A stretch of DNA of 64,000 bases from Paraspadella gotoi. Taxonomy: Eukaryota; Animalia; Chaetognatha. A program made the position numbers and the translations under genes. Each line of letters begins with the position of its first letter. Within the stretch, counting starts at the first letter, position 1. Positions 14,151 through 27,050 of the stretch are shown piece by piece. Location of the stretch: contig CM119265.1 of NCBI GenBank assembly GCA_051294375.1, forward strand, positions 4,037,025-4,101,024. Direction: 5' to 3'. Below the pieces are notes generated by a model that was not told the origin of the DNA, did not search any database, and was given only the letters and a program-made list of their open reading frames with translations.

Positions 14151-16536
14151 ATGACGACGCCACGCCTACGGCCGCCCGCCCCCGCGTCTCCCGCCCTCTC
14201 CCGCCCAAGCCGGTCACGTGCCTTTGCCCGAACCCTTGTCCGCTCAAACGTACGACGAAAGATTTTGACCGAAAATGTCACTATTACGTGCCGGGCGGCG
14301 CCATTCACGCCCTGCCCACCTTCGCCTGCTTCGAATGCAAATACGGCGTCTGCGATCCTTGCTACGAGGAGCTGCGTCGGCAGAGCGCCGGCGCAAAAAA
14401 ATCGACCGCCGCCGCCGACGCAGCCGCCGACGCCTGCGACGCTGCCAAAGTCGAGGAGATCGTCCGGTTACTCTAATTCTCAAGAGTACGCCGTCACCGG
14501 CGCTGCCGTCGAGGAGGCGGAAGAGGCTGTGGCGCCTCCGACGCCACCGCGGCCCAAAGATTCGCCGGCCCTCTCCCGGAGGGGACAAGACGACAATCAC
14601 TACAGCAACGTCAACAACTACTACAGCGACAAAGACACCGGACATTGGATTCCGCCTCCATCGATCAGACCGTCGACCGACCACCGGGTCGACCCTCATT
14701 TCCGCCGCCCAATCGGCTGCAGCTCCGCCGCTGCAGGAACGCGATCGACCCAAGCCCAGGTCGCCGACTTCAGGATCGACGGCGTCGTCGTCTTCGTCGC
14801 CGCAAACGAGTCCCGAATCGTCGTCCTCAGCAGCGGCGCCGCAAACCCAACCACCCTCGGCGTCTTTTTTGACTGCAGCGGCGTCGGAAGCAGCGTCGGA
14901 AGCGTCTTCGACGGCGTCAACGCCGTCTACTTTAACGCCGTCGAGTCCAACACCGACGCCGTTTGACCAATCGGCGCTTCCATGGCGTCGAACGCGTCCG
15001 AAGTTTTGTGCGCCATCTCAATTGACGGTTCCTCAAGCGGCGTCGCAGCGAATGGCATCGCCTGGTTTGCCATCGCCGTCAATGGCATCGCTGGTTTGCC
15101 ATCGCCGTCAATGGCATCCACGGATCTCCGCCCGCCTGTGTATTTTCCTTCGTAAAACAGGTCGCCGCCAGGAACGGCAGCGCCGGGATTAACGGCGCGC
15201 AAATGCCAGCGCCGCAAATGGCAGCGCCGCGTATGGCAAGGCCGGGATTAACGGCGCCGCAAATGGCAGCGCCGCGAATTGCAGTGCCGGGATTAACGCA
15301 AATGGCAGCACTGCAAATGGCAGCACTGCAAATGGTAGCGCCGCGAATGGCAGTCCCGGGAAGGCAGGCCTCGTCATGCCTGTTCCAACAATGACTCCTC
15401 GTACGACTTCACCGCCGGGATTGACCCTCAGTCCACCTCCGTATTCCCAAACGGTTTGTCCCAATCGCCTCAACAGATGTTTCCGCCGGGTTACGACGAA
15501 TCTACGCCGCCGCCAATGGAAAATTACGCGCCGCCTCCTTATCAATTTCCTAATGACGCCGGTTCTGACGGCGCCGGTTTTAACGGCGCGGATTTCAACG
15601 ACCCAGCGAATCGGCGCGACCTCGAGTGCCGCCAAGGATGGCATCGACCGCGCCCTCGATGACCTCATGCGACATCTGGAGGTGGTTACTAAGATGGAGG
15701 CGGAGAAGAGGCCTTGATGGAGGCCAACGAGGATCTCGCCAAGAAGTTGACGGAAATGTCGGCGGAGAACTCGAATCTAAAGGTTTTGAGGGGCGCGGTG
15801 TAATCCGTCATTGATCTGTCTTTCTGTATTTTCTTTTGTCCGTCTTTTAATCTGTCCCTCTTCCTTTAAGTATCTGTATTCAGTCTTTCTATCTGTCAGT
15901 CTTCGTTTTACTTTTCTGTCTCCCTTTTTGTCGCGTTTTCTATTTATTCATATCTGGATTATAAATTTTATGTTTTAAAAACAAGTCACATTTTATCAAT
16001 TAAATTAAATTAATTAAACCAGTTAATGTTAATGTATCTGTTTGTCGGCATGTCTGTTTGTATACTTTTTTGGTTATTTTTGATGTTGGAGAAATCTTAA
16101 CTAGTAAATCAAAAATAAGATTCAATTTAATAAGATACATTTAATAGTTTATTATTCAAATTCATTTTTTGAAATTTATAATATTTCAAAAATAAAAATA
16201 GAAAAGCCTTTTTCTAACTCCCGCCAGGCGCTGGAGAGACACCTCAACGGAGAGAAGCTCGAGTTGATGTCTCGACGGAAAAGAGATGAGGAGGAAATGC
16301 GCAAACTGATGGAGAAACTGACGGCGTCGGAGCGGAGCACGAGATGCGGACGAAGATTTGAATGAGAGGATCAAGACGCTGGAGGAGGAACGACTCTGCG
16401 CCATCTGCATGGAGAGGATCAAGGACACCGTCTTCGACTGCGGCCACGCAGGCTGCGAACAATGCGGCGCCCAGATCAGGGCTTGTCACATTTGCCGCAA
16501 AACCATCAAGAGCAGATGGAAGTTTTTCTTGACTTG
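14151..16536 (+). pseudogene. Frameshifted mirror copy of the zinc-finger/RING gene at 18438-20823 (likely artefactual duplicate)
   Basis: The same peptide segments (MTTPRL, CLCPNPCPLKR, AAKDGIDRALDDL, CAICMERIKDTVFDCGH) are scattered across frames. Confidence 0.8.
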
Positions 16537-16989
16537 ACCCCGAGGGAGAGGGGGAGGGAGAGAGAGAAAGGGGTGAGGGAGTGACCTGTGATAAGGTTGG
16601 CGCGTGATGTCGTGAGAATATGCAAGACATTTTCCTCGTCGTTTCATTGATGTAGGATGAGATTACATTGTAGTGAAAATTTTGGTGAAGGAATCAAACT
16701 CTTTTTTTAAAATTTCTGTGTTCCGTACTCTTTCTTAAAAAAAGTGTATTGTTTAAACTTGGTTTTATATTTATTTTTGTAGCAAATTCCCGAGATTAAA
16801 ATCATGGTTAAATTTCTCACGGCCCCGTCGATACGTCAAGAACTTGTGAACTGAACTGTCTCTAACTTTTTTTGTTTTCTTTTTTTACTATTTAGTTAAT
16901 TTCTTTCACTCTTTTCTCGTTACATCTTTTCATTATCTCCCTGCAATTTATTTCCCTCTTGATCGTTGACAATCGTCAGTCTCATCATC

Positions 16990-17130
16990 ATTTCTTCCCC
17001 TGTCATCACACACCCCCACTTGTCATCAACCCCCACTTGTCATCTTGTCATCAACCCCCCACTTGTCATCAATCCCCCCTTGTCATCCTCCCCCCTTGTC
17101 ATCCTCCTCCTTGTCATCCCCCCTGTGTCA
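16990..17130. repeat. Minisatellite, about 15-18 bp unit cttgtcatcaacccccca (mirror at about 17870-17990)
   Basis: About 7 direct copies of cttgtcatc followed by a C-run. Confidence 0.85.
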
Positions 17131-17136
17131 CCTCCG

Positions 17137-17644
17137 ATGAATCTCTACTCGATCGACCCATCCTGGGAGGCGTGCCTCAACCATCAGCCGGCCAAAGCTC
17201 TACAAACATGTCCATGGGTCACCCGTTGAGACTTGCGGAGGCGGACCTGGAATGGACCTGCAACTTGACCCTGAAAGACGAGGTTCACTCCACGCCATCG
17301 ACGGTGTTGCGCGCAGTGCAAATTCGCGCTGTGCCAAGAATGCACGCTCGATCCTTGGAGATTCTTCGTCAAGGCGCAAGAGAATGAAAGCTACGATCAA
17401 GAATTGCTTCGTCGCGACGAGGACCAACGATCAACGACCAAGGGTTCCCAGTTTGTCAGACATTCCCAGCGGTTCCGATCTCGATGGATATGCATGCTCT
17501 TACGAATTCTTCAGTAAGGGACCAATCTCAACCACATCTGACATCTTCGTCCACAGTTTCTCCAACCATGACCAAAAACTACCATTGTCTCCTCTTCCAC
17601 CATTAACAAACGCCACGGCACGCCACCCCGGCAACGCCCATGCT
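17137..17644 (+). CDS. 5' part of a third Cys-rich zinc-finger gene (frameshifted; truncated at the fold-back centre; mirror at about 17645-17860 on the minus strand)
   Basis: Joining frames gives MNLYSIDPSWEACLNHQPAKALQTCP-x-GHPLRLAEADLEWTCNLTLKDEVHSTPSTV-x-C-x2-CKFALCQECTLDPWRFFVKAQENESYDQELLRR. The Cys pattern matches the neighbouring genes. Confidence 0.55.
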
Positions 17645-18437
17645 AGGATCGAGCGTGCATTCTTGGCACAGCGCGAATTTGCACGCGCCGCACACCGTCG
17701 ATGGCGTGGAGTGAACCTCGTCTTTCAGGGTCAAGTTGCAGGTCCATTCCAGGTCCGCCTCCGCAAGTCTCAACGGGTGACCCATGGACATGTTTGTAGA
17801 GCTTGGCCGGCTGATGGTTGAGGCACGCCTCCCAGGATGGGTCGATCGAGTAGAGATTTCAATCGGAGGTGACACAGGGGGGATGACAAGGGGGGAGGAT
17901 GACAAGGGGGGATTGATGACAAGTGGGGGGTTGATGACAAGTGGGGGGATTGATGACAAGGGGGGTTGATGACAGGGGAAGAAATGATGATGAAACTGAC
18001 GATTGTCAACGATCAAGAGGGAAATAAATTGCAGGGAGATAATGAAAAGATGTAACGAGAAAGAGGTGAAAGAAATTAACTAAATAGTAAAAAAAGAAAA
18101 CAAAAAAAGTTAAAGACAGTTCAGTTCACAAGTTCTTGACGTATCGACGGGGCCGTGAGAAATTTAACCATGATTTTAATCTCGGGAATTTGCTACAAAA
18201 ATAAATATAAAACCAAGTTTAAACAATACACTTTTTTTAAGAAAGAGTACGGAACACAGAAATTTTAAAAAAAGAGTTTGATTCCTTCACCAAAATTTTC
18301 ACTACAATGTAATCGTCATCCTACATCAATGAAACGACGAGGAAAATGTCTTGCATATTCTACGACATCACGCGCCAACTTATCACGGTCACCCCTCACC
18401 CCCTTTCTTCTCTTGCCTTCCCCCCTCTCCCTCGGGG

Positions 18438-20823
18438 TCAAGTCAAGAAAAACTTCCATCTGCTCTTGATGGTTTTGCGGCAAATGTGACAAGCCCTGAT
18501 CTGGGCGCCGCATTGTTCGCAGCCTGCGTGGCCGCAGTCGAAGACGGTGTCCTTGATCCTCTCCATGCAGATGGCGCAGAGTCGTTCCTCCTCCAGCGTC
18601 TTGATCCTCTCATTCAAATCCTTCGTCCGCATCTCGTGCTCCGCCTCCGACGCCGTCAGTTTCTCAATCAGTTTGCGCATTTCCTCCTCATCTCTTTTCC
18701 GTCGAGACATCAACTCGAGGTTCTCTCCGTTGAGGTGTCTCTCCAGCGCCTGGCGGGAGTTAGAAAAGACTTCTATTTTTATTTTAAAATATTATAAAAT
18801 TTAAAAAATGAATTTGAATAATAAAGTCTATTATCTAATGTATCTTATTAAATTGTCTCTTATTTTTGATTTACTAGTTCAGATTTCTCCAACATCAAAA
18901 ATAACCAAAAAAGTATACAAACAGACATGCCGACAAACAGATACATTAACATTAACTGGTTTAATTTAATTTAATTTAATTGATAAATATGGACTTGTTT
19001 TTAAAAACATAAAATTTATAATCCAGATATGAATAAATAGAAAACAGACAAAAAAGGGAGACAGAAAAGTAAAACGAAGACTGACAGATAGAAAGACTGA
19101 ATACAGAGAAAGAAAGGAAGAGGGACAGATTAAAAGACGGATAAAAGAAAATACAGAAAGACAGATCAATGACGGATTACACCGCGCCCCTCAAAACCTT
19201 CAGACTCGAGTTCTCCGCCGACATTTCCGTCAACTTCTTGGCGAGATCCTCGTTGGCCTCCATCAAAGGCCTCTTCTCCGCCTCCATCTTAGTAACCACC
19301 TCCAGATGTCGCATGAGGTCATCGAGGGCGCGGTCGATGCCATCCTTGGCGGCCTCAAGGTCGCGCCGATTCGCTGGGTCGTTGAAATCCGCGCCGTTAA
19401 AACCGGCGCCGTCAGAACCGGCGTCATTAGGAAATTGATAAGGAGGCGGCGCGTAATTTTCCATTGGCGGCGGCGTAGATTCGTCGTAACCCGGCGGAAA
19501 CATCTGTTGAGGCGATTGGGACAAACCGTTTGGGGAATACGGAGGTGGACTGAGGGTCAATCCCGGCGGTGAAGTCGTACGAGGAGTCATTGTTGGAACA
19601 GGCATGACGAGGCCTGCCCTTCCCGGGACTGCCATTCGCGGCGCTACCATTTGCAGTGCTGCCATTTGCAGTGCTGCCATTTGCGTTAATCCCGGCACTG
19701 CAATTCGCGGAGCTGCCATTTGCGGCGCCGCTAATCCCGGCCTTGCCATACGCGGCGCTGCCATTTGCGGCGCCGTTAATCCCGGCGCTGCCGTTCCTGG
19801 CGGCGACCTGTTTCCCGAAGCAAAATACATGGGCGGGCGGAGATCCGTGGATGCCATTGACGGCGATGGCAAACCAGGCGATGCCATTGACGGCGATGGC
19901 AAACCAGGCGATGCCATTCGCTGCGACGCCGCTTGAGGAACCGTCAATTGAGATGGCGCACAAACTTCGGACGCGTTCGACGCCAATGGAAGCGCCGATT
20001 GGTCAAACGGCGTCGGTGTTGGACTCGACGGCGTTAAAGTAGACGGCGTTGACGCCGTCGAAGACGCTTCCGACGCTGCTTCCGACGCCGCTGCAGTCAA
20101 AAAAGACGCCGAGGGTGGTTGGGTTTGCGGCGCCGCTGCTGAGGACGACGATTCGGGACTCGTTTGCGGCGACGAAGACGACGACGCCGTCGATCCTGAA
20201 GTCGGCGACCTGGGCTTGGGTCGATCGCGTTCCTGCAGCGGCGGAGGCTGCAGCCGATTGGGCGGCGGAAATGAGGGTCGACCCGGTGGTCGGTTCGACG
20301 GTCTGATCGATGGAGGCGGAATCCAAATGTCCGGTGTCTTTGTCGCTGTAGTAGTTGTTGACGTTGCTGTAGTGATTGTCGTCGTTGTCCCCTCCGGGAG
20401 AGGGCCGGCGAATCTTTGGGCCGCCGGTGGCGTCGGAGGCGCCACAGCCTCTTCCGCCTCCTCGACGGCAGCGCCGGTGACGGCGTACTCTTGAGAATTA
20501 GAGTAACCGGACGATCTCCTCGACTTTGGCAGCGTCGCAGGCGTCGGCGGCTGCGTCGGCGGCGGCGTCGATTTTTTTGCGCCGGCGCTCTGCCGACGCA
20601 GCTCCTCGTAGCAAGGATCGCAGACGCCGTATTTGCATTCGAAGCAGGCGAAGGTGGGCAGGGCGTGAATGGCGCCGCCCGGCACGTAATAGTGACATTT
20701 TCGGTCAAAATCTTTCGTCGTACGTTTGAGCGGACAAGGGTTCGGGCAAAGGCACGTGACCGGCTTGGGCGGGAGAGGGCGGGAGACGCGGGGGCGGGCG
20801 GCCGGTAGGCGTGGCGTCGTCAT
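18438..20823 (-). CDS. Two-exon protein: N-terminal ZZ/DC1-like Cys-rich finger, long Pro/Ser/Thr/Ala disordered linker, coiled coil, C-terminal C3HC4 RING (putative E3 ligase). Exons 20823-19183 and 18749-18438
   Basis: ATG at 20823 follows a (CT)n run and starts the long ORF with CLCPNPCPL...FACFECKYGVCDPC. A phase-0 join RGA|gtgtaa...ctaactcccgccag|ALERHLNGENLELMSRRK leads in frame into LCAICMERIKDTVFDCGHAGCEQCGAQIRACHICRKTIKSRWKFFLT*. The donor site is non-consensus, so the splice is inferred. Confidence 0.75.
19600..19925 (-). repeat. Coding minisatellites inside the RING gene (30 bp MASPGLPSPS units; 15/45 bp QMAAP / PGLTAPQMAAPRMAR units)
   Basis: Repeats of gatgccattgacggcgatggcaaaccagg and gctgccatttgc are visible and in frame with the 593-aa ORF. 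Confidence 0.85.
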
Positions 20824-20827
20824 GGTT

Positions 20828-20937
<110 letters not shown>

Positions 20938-21689
20938 CGACGAATAAAGCTGACGCAAGTTGGGCAGTCGATTTTAAGAATATTTTTTTTTACTTTTTGT
21001 TTACGTTGTACTTTTGATACGTAAAGTTTACGTACGAGTTGCATAAAACGTTTCTTGAGAATTACTTCCGATTATTTTGTCGCGACGAAAATCTTATTTT
21101 TGTTTTTCGTTTTTGCTTTGAGATCATGAGATTTGGGAAACCCAACTTAAATGTGTAGCTCATTTCAAAGTTCGCGGTTGTCGTCTTCGTCGTCGTCTTC
21201 GTCGTCGTCTTCGTCGTCGTCTTCGTCGTCATTGTCGTCGTCGTTTTAGAACGATCTTTGTTCACTTTTTTTGGCCAAAGGAACTATTTTTTTTTCACAA
21301 ATCACCAGTTCTCTTTTTTATAGTCTGTTGACATCATTCTGAAGAAAAGGTTTTTTCGTCGTCGTTTTCGTCGTCGTCGTTGTTGTCAACGGACAGTTTC
21401 CCAATCAGTCTGACCGCTCAATTTGATTTCACTCAGTTTCTTCAGTCAATTTTTCGAAACCGACAAACAACGGGAATTTTTTGAAATCCAGTTTCCTTTT
21501 GAATTTTCTCTTCTTCATTTATTCGATAGTCAGGAAAGGAAAACAGGTAGTTACTGGCTTTGACGACGACGACGACGACGACGACGACAACTTTTAAGTT
21601 CCAATCGGCTCAAACAAAAAGCGAATCGATTTATATGCGAATCGTTTTATTTTAGTTTAAGGTAACAGATAAAATAGTAATACGCTCTT

Positions 21690-21850
21690 ACGCTTAGACG
21701 TCACGCGAGAGAAACCAACTTTAAAAAATTTTAAATAAAGTAGAGGACGTCCTGTTAGAGGTGAACCAATCACAGGCCGCCTTTGTTGCTTGATTCTTTT
21801 TTGATTGGCCCATCTCTAATCTCGGCCCGCCTTATTTTTTATGCCAATAA
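21690..21850 (-). promoter_or_regulatory. Promoter-like cluster upstream of the RING gene (CCAAT boxes, CRE-like gacgtca, repeated ggccgcctt); mirror at about 13140-13290
   Basis: Several ccaat/attgg motifs, gacgtca and two ggc(c)cgcctt motifs within about 160 bp of otherwise AT-rich DNA. Confidence 0.35.
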
Positions 21851-22471
21851 AGAAAGGCGAATAAGTGAATAGAAATTGTAATAAATCTGACGAGTATTAG
21901 TAAGAAGTCTTATTGTTCAAAATCACTACTACTGATGTTACTATTAAATATATTTTTGAGGTTTTTTGTTCTGACTAGTCTATAGCGATTCTTAGTTTCC
22001 ATTATAAATTAAATTTGAAATAAACCAGAAATTTCGGGAATACGAGTATCGTCTTTATTGAAAATATCTATCGAAGGGACTGTGTTTTCATGTATTTAAT
22101 AAAAATAAAATGTTGAAAGGGGATAAATTAAGGAAAACATATTTTGCTTTTGATAGACGAGAGAAAAACTTGAAAAAAGGAGAATAAGAAATGAGTCATG
22201 GAATGTGGGACATGGAGACATGGAGACATGGAGACATGGGGCATGGGGAAAAGGGAACTTGGATGAGATTACGATGATGATGATGATGGTGATTATTATT
22301 ATGACATGAAGATTGACGAGTTTGGAAATATTTATTATTTATTCGGGTTTTTTTTTTATGTACTTTTTTGTACTTTTTTGTACTTTAAGTACATTTTGTA
22401 GTTTAAAGGAAAGTTTTGTTTGATTTGTAAACAGTGTGCTTAGACTTTCTTTTCGTTATTTTTCAAGTTAC

Positions 22472-22525
22472 TTTGCGCTGATGAAGTCTCGCAAAAATAA
22501 TAGTCGAAACATGTCCCCTATGTAC
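22472..22525 (+). ncRNA. Degenerate Penelope-type minimal hammerhead ribozyme motif (mirror at about 12460-12512 on the minus strand)
   Basis: gcg-CTGATGA-agtctc...agtc-GAAAC-ATGTC-ccctat. Same core, palindromic stem III (ACATGT) and 3' flank as the 59751-59790 copy. Stem II has a mismatch and stem I is only 1 bp. Confidence 0.55.
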
Positions 22526-22730
22526 ATAAAAATAACATTGTTTGTTACTAATAAACAATTTTTTTTACAGTTTAAAAGACTATAAGAAAATAAATCTATA
22601 AAAAAACTGTGACTCTAATTGTTATCAAATGTTATCGAATGTCATTAAACTCATTATAATTTTGGGCAACCAACATCTTCATCTTCATCAAATACTTGTG
22701 ATTAAAAAAAAAAATTAAAATAAGCAAGAC

Positions 22731-24114
22731 TCAGATGCTCATCATTTCCACCGTATTATGCTGATGATTGATGTTGTTGTCAACATTGTCGTCGTCGATG
22801 TTGTCATCGTTTTCTTCTTCCATTTTGATTTCGGCAACTTTGTCAGCGAGGCTGCCAACGTTGAGTGTATCTTTGACACGATAAACCTTCTCGTCGTCAT
22901 CTTCCTCCTCTTCATATTCGTCGAATTCATCCCCACTGAACTCGAAATCAAAGTCATCGTCGATGTCATCCTTAGCATCGACCTTCTTGTTCCCTGTCAT
23001 TGGATACGGGACGGGCTCGAGCTTCTTCGCCTCGTTCTCTTCCCATCTTTGACGAATAAAAGGAAAATATTCTTTCATGGGCTGAAACTGGTCCTGGAGT
23101 TTAGACACTTCATTTAAGAGGGCGTCGACTTTCCAGGATTTTGTTCCATGTCCTTTCTTCCACTCGGCTTCGCCCATCGAATCCAACTTTTCTATGATCC
23201 GGTCGATCGCCCAGTTCATGTGCCTACGTCCCTGTTCCAGCGATTCAATGGAATCCAAGAACCGGTCGCTTCCACCGTATCCCGCGTAGGCTCGCTGGAC
23301 CGTGCCCGATTGCGTCTGAGCCTCGCGGATGAGGTGCAGCGCGTAATCGAAATCCGACTTGGCCTGGTGAGGGTGATAGACCCGCGTCCCGTGCAGTCGT
23401 TCGAGGACACGCTCGAGTCCAAAATGGAGAGTCTGCAGATGTCGATTGATTTTTTTGAAGGCGTTGTCCACTGGGGTGACAATGACCGGAAAGGGCGGGA
23501 GTTTGGGCGCGTAGTCACCCTTGAAGATCTGATCGCGTAAAATGTGTGAAAAGTTTAAAAATGGATTTTTGTTTCCTAATTTATATTTTTATGTATTAAC
23601 TTATCTAATTCTTTATCTACTTATCAACAGTTCATTATTACTTAATTTAACTGTTGATTTGTTATTTTTTTATTCATTTTTTTATTTTTTACTTATATTC
23701 GAGTATTTGTTATTTTTTCCGTTAATTCATTTAACTTCCTTTAATCATTTTTTTTATTCTAAACATGTTAAAATTTAAAATGAGACTCACCTGTCCCTTC
23801 AAAATCCACGTTCTGTGGATGAAACAATTCGTACACAGCAGGAATCCACAGCATGAGCGGCAGGAGTAATATGGAAAGGGCGCGCTCGACGACCCGCACT
23901 CCGCGCAATAATCGAGGACTTTGTGCTCCGATTTCTCGCGCGGATGCAGCAGCCTCTTTGCTGGGCACGTGACCGGGAGGCGCGGCAGGCCGAGGCAGGA
24001 AAAGCAGCGACCCGACGCGGGCTGGCAGTTGCCCGGAAAGGTTGGGGCGTTGCAGTAGAAAAGCAGGTTTTTGCCCCGCTTGGCTGTTGGGCGGTCGTTG
24101 AAGTGAACTTCCAT
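22731..24114 (-). CDS. Two-exon protein: Cys-rich zinc-finger N-terminus, helical domain, acidic tail (exons 24114-23791 and 23528-22731); function unknown
   Basis: Exon 1 MEVHFNDR...TCPAKRLL...YCAECG...YSCRSCCGFLLCTNCF...LKGQ ends at a consensus cag|gtgagt. After an AT-rich intron, the acceptor ttacgcgatcag|IFKGDYAPKLPPFPVIVTPVDNAF joins the 246-aa ORF in phase 0. Confidence 0.8.
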
Positions 24115-25715
24115 GGCGAAATATTGGTGAAATATTTGTAAAATTGGTGATGGACTGATATTCTCACTGCGGTGATGGAATGGAAGGGTTAAATGGCATC
24201 GAATTTGCTGACAGTTTGGGGAAATGGCGGAAAAATAACCAGTTGGCTGAGGAAAAATGGAATGACGATAAAATAAAGTGAATTTATGTCAGTGAAAAAG
24301 TTTGTAAAAGTTTGGAAAGTTCAAGGTTGATGCCAGTCTGCACAATGGACTCGCGTCAGTTTATCCATACGAGTCCGTACGATGACGCATACGTATCCGT
24401 CACGAGATAACCGGAGACTTTTCGTTAGTGAAAAAAAAAAGACTTTTTGCTGCGGAGGAAAGTTCGTTATCGGTCGAGTAACGAGATGTGGAATTCGATT
24501 TTACAGAATCGACTGAACAGGATTTTAAGACTGAGGGTCAGTTCTTGCTTCGACCGTTATTCTATTCCTCTTCCTCTTCTTCATCCTCTTCCTCATCTTC
24601 GTCCTCTTCCCCTTCCTCATACTCTTTCTCATCCTCTTTTTTGAATGATTCCACCTCCACCTGCTCCTCCTCCACCTGCTCCTCCTCCTCCTCCTCCTCC
24701 TCCTCACAACCCATATTTTTAGCGTCAAGTTTTACTCACTCGTTTCCTTAATCCAGCTGCACAATGCGTCCGCCGCGACTGCTGATTCTCCTGATTCTCC
24801 ATTACTCTTCCTTACCCCAGTTAACATTTTCCCATCCGGTTTATTAGCTTTTCATATAATTTATAATTTATGAATATTAAACTATTTAGTTAAATTACAT
24901 TAACCTTTCACTCTCTTGTTTCTTTATTCTTTTCCATCTTTTTATTCATTATTTCCTTTATTTCAAATTCCATCAACCGTCCAGTTCGGGCAAGGGAGCC
25001 AGAGGTCAAAGGTCACAGGTTCTAATCCGGTGTGCATTTTGTAGTTAAGTGGGACGGGGAGCTTAAACATCCTGTGGCTGGTTGCTACGGTCCCATCCGC
25101 TCAAGAGGATGATGAAGAACGATGAAGAACGATGAATACATTAAAAACTAAAACTATAAATACTATATATTTTTTTCCTTTTAGAAGCTTATAACGCCTA
25201 TAAGTTGAAGCCAAGAGTGTCTATAAAACAATAGATAATTGACCACCTTTTTTGTGCGCCGCTTCGAGGTGGCTTCGTCCTTTTCGCCGGGGCGGCACCC
25301 GCAGCTGCTTTCTCTGCGGCTGCGGCGGCGACAGCGGGGCTGAACGATTTCATTGTTTTCATTTTTTTAGGCGTCTCGAGACTTCAGTCTTCAGTCTTCA
25401 GACTTCAGTCTTCATCCAAATCGCTTTTACCTTTTTCTTGTCTCCTCTATTTTGATTTTGTCTCCTTTGCCTGGCCTGCGATGGCACGGTTCCCTATTCA
25501 CTCTTCCAAGATTCAAGAATGCCAAGCATGCTGCTTGTAAATGCAGACGATAATCGGACAGCGGATTGTTAAACTGCATCTTTTTCCAAAGCCCGATAAT
25601 TATCGTATCTGCCAGAGCTGAAAGAGCAGGCCACTTGCCACGTTACTTTATTGGATAACGATTAGATATAATATATATTAGATAATATATATTAGATAAT
25701 ATATAATAGATATTG

Positions 25716-26171
25716 TCATCTAGGAAAAAAGTCTATCACATTTTTAGTAGAGGAAATCTACTCAAAAACTTGTTTGATTTAAAAAAAATCAGAATATTTC
25801 CGAATCTACACTGAATTTCAAATTGTTTGTTACAGGCAAAAAAAGATCGCTACTTCAAATGAAAAATATCGAAAAAAATCATATTTATTAGTTATTTGTT
25901 TTTATTTAAAATAAAGTTAGTTTTTTAAAATCTTTTTTAAATTTTGCAATACTAAAGGCATTGGCCATTTCGTTCAAAAAAGTTCCATTAAAACTCTCAG
26001 AAAAGAAGGAAAGACGCAAAACATGAGAGCATGCCCAGACGAATGCAGGCTGTAGTAGATGCCGAGGAAGGGCATACTAAATATTGAGAATGTTTTACCC
26101 ATGTTTTGTATATTTTTTATTGAATAAAAGAACTTTTCAACAATTATGTGATATACTTTTTTCCTAGATAG
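25716..26171 (+). mobile_element. Non-autonomous, internally deleted Tc1/mariner element
   Basis: Termini atctaggaaaaaagt ... acttttttcctagatag followed by TA. The interior fuses LRKEGKTQ (N-terminal HTH start) to ESMPRRMQAVVDAEEGHTKY*, a typical Tc1 transposase C-terminus. Confidence 0.85.
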
Positions 26172-26244
26172 TAGATATAACGATTATATGTATAATTTAA
26201 TCTTATCTAATAAATATGCCCGACCCTTTCCTTCCTCTTTAATC

Positions 26245-26287
<43 letters not shown>

Positions 26288-26899
26288 AGTCTCTCTCTCT
26301 CTCTCTCTCTCTTCTCAAGTTTCATCTCTCATCGATCACGTGACTCCGTCGCGGTTTTCGCTTCGGGATGAGATGTCACCCTGACTTTGGCCGAGACCAG
26401 ACAAAAAATATATAAACGGCCAAGGATCCAAAAAGTTTTTTTTTGTTTAATGTAAACAGAAAAATTCATCTTTGGTTGTCATATAAATCGTGAAGTAATA
26501 AATCTCTACTTCACGTTCGCCTAATTTTGTTCCGTTTAAAATGTACCGAGTTTGTGTTTGTTTATCTTTTCCTTTTTTTTTTTTTTTCAGAAAATGAATC
26601 TGTATAGGGACCGGATCGAGCGTACTGATTTGCGGGGGAAGTGAAACGAGGCCTCGTTGAGAGTAGGGGGATTTTTGAAAGGCTCGAAAACGGGACGATT
26701 CTTGAAAGAGAGAAAAGGTGGCGTGGAGTAGCTGAGCGTTTTAATGAAGACATTATTAAAATTTTAGACCCAAGGGAGTAGAAATATTAGACGAGGAGCC
26801 GGGTGATAAAAAAATGAAAAGTACGAAGCGTCGGGTCAGTACAATATTAATTTCTTGATTCAGAAATAGGAATAATTAATCAATATTACTCAGCTAAGA

Positions 26900-27050
26900 A
26901 AGGGTAACTGACTGAAGAACAAGTGCCGGTGTCTCTAGACCTGTAGGTCCGAGGTTCGAGTCCTGCGGTCGTCAAATAATCACTTTTATTCTTTGGTCGA
27001 CCCGGATAAATTCGCTTATCTCTCAGAGCTTGATCTAAATCTACCAATGA
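26900..27050 (+). mobile_element. tRNA-derived SINE-like / tRNA-pseudogene fragment (copies at about 31240-31390 and 40775-40930)
   Basis: Variable-loop and T-arm-like aggtccgaGGTTCGAGTCCt (Pol III B box) preceded by an anticodon-arm-like ccggt...acc. No intact cloverleaf. Confidence 0.4.

Noticed and set aside
14244-20808. Many overlapping antisense and alternate-frame ORFs around the RING gene
   Set aside because: These are shadows of GC-rich repetitive coding sequence and of frameshifts in the mirror arm; no independent domains are recognisable.
26900-26980. Functional tRNA gene
   Set aside because: The T-stem and acceptor stem do not pair and there is no clear A box; kept only as a SINE-like relic.
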